DNA from: Planctomycetota bacterium
GTDB taxonomy: Bacteria; Planctomycetota; UBA1135; UBA2386
Reading direction: 5' to 3'
DNA: 64,000 nt
Assembly: GCA_965223545.1 (NCBI GenBank)
Contig: OZ245006.1
Location: 7,933,713 to 7,997,712, forward strand
Shown: positions 63,994 to 64,000 of the stretch, in pieces
How positions within the stretch are numbered: the first letter of the stretch is position 1
Layout of the letters: each line of letters begins with the position of its first letter
The notes under the pieces: model-generated
What the model was told of the DNA's origin: nothing
Database searches by the model: none
The model's input: only the letters and a program-made list of their open reading frames with translations
Position numbers and translations under genes: made by a program

Positions 63994-64000
63994 GGGTCGG

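Noticed and set aside
1-64000. CRISPR arrays, insertion sequences, prophage or defence-system genes
   Set aside because: I saw no spaced direct-repeat arrays. I also saw no transposase, integrase, recombinase, reverse-transcriptase, nuclease-helicase or toxin-antitoxin-like ORFs among the credible genes. The only obvious DNA repeats are the coding repeats of the Kelch-like gene.

Overview
This is a densely coding, very GC-rich bacterial chromosomal segment. GC is roughly 70% by eye; two hand-counted 60-nt samples gave 65% and 80%. I can support about 44 protein-coding genes, one tRNA (tRNA-Sec, selC) and a few terminator-like hairpins. I see no rRNA, CRISPR array, transposase, integrase or prophage genes. 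In order the window contains: (1) a secreted amidohydrolase, a 12-repeat Kelch-like protein, glpK, lon, a putative lipoprotein and a fatty-acid-hydroxylase-family membrane enzyme; (2) an LPS-core group: Tsr3/DTW-like protein, GT9 heptosyltransferase, Kdo/WaaP-family kinase and a beta-barrel-like outer membrane protein; (3) a Ser/Thr kinase-STAND-TPR protein, cysS and selC; (4) a complete Na+-NQR operon ordered nqrM-nqrABCDEF-apbE; (5) a DUF1028 / membrane-tethered ECF sigma / S9 peptidase group; (6) a five-gene minus-strand operon: degenerate M14, active M14 carboxypeptidase, split SGNH hydrolase, small Cys protein and DASS transporter; (7) a sulfatase / Gfo-Idh-MocA / PmoA-like / ASPIC-UnbV locus; (8) a Wzx/Wzy-type polysaccharide cluster. 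The repertoire suggests a Myxococcota- or Planctomycetota-like organism, but that is inference only. Many very long antisense ORFs in the track are GC artefacts. I did not find a clear-cut novel defence or mobile system. The most interesting candidates are the single-polypeptide ECF sigma/transmembrane protein with its flanking hydrolases, the active/degenerate M14 pair operon, and the sulfatase locus. That locus holds a sulfatase lacking its nucleophile and a PmoA-like/ConA-like/sulfatase triple fusion.
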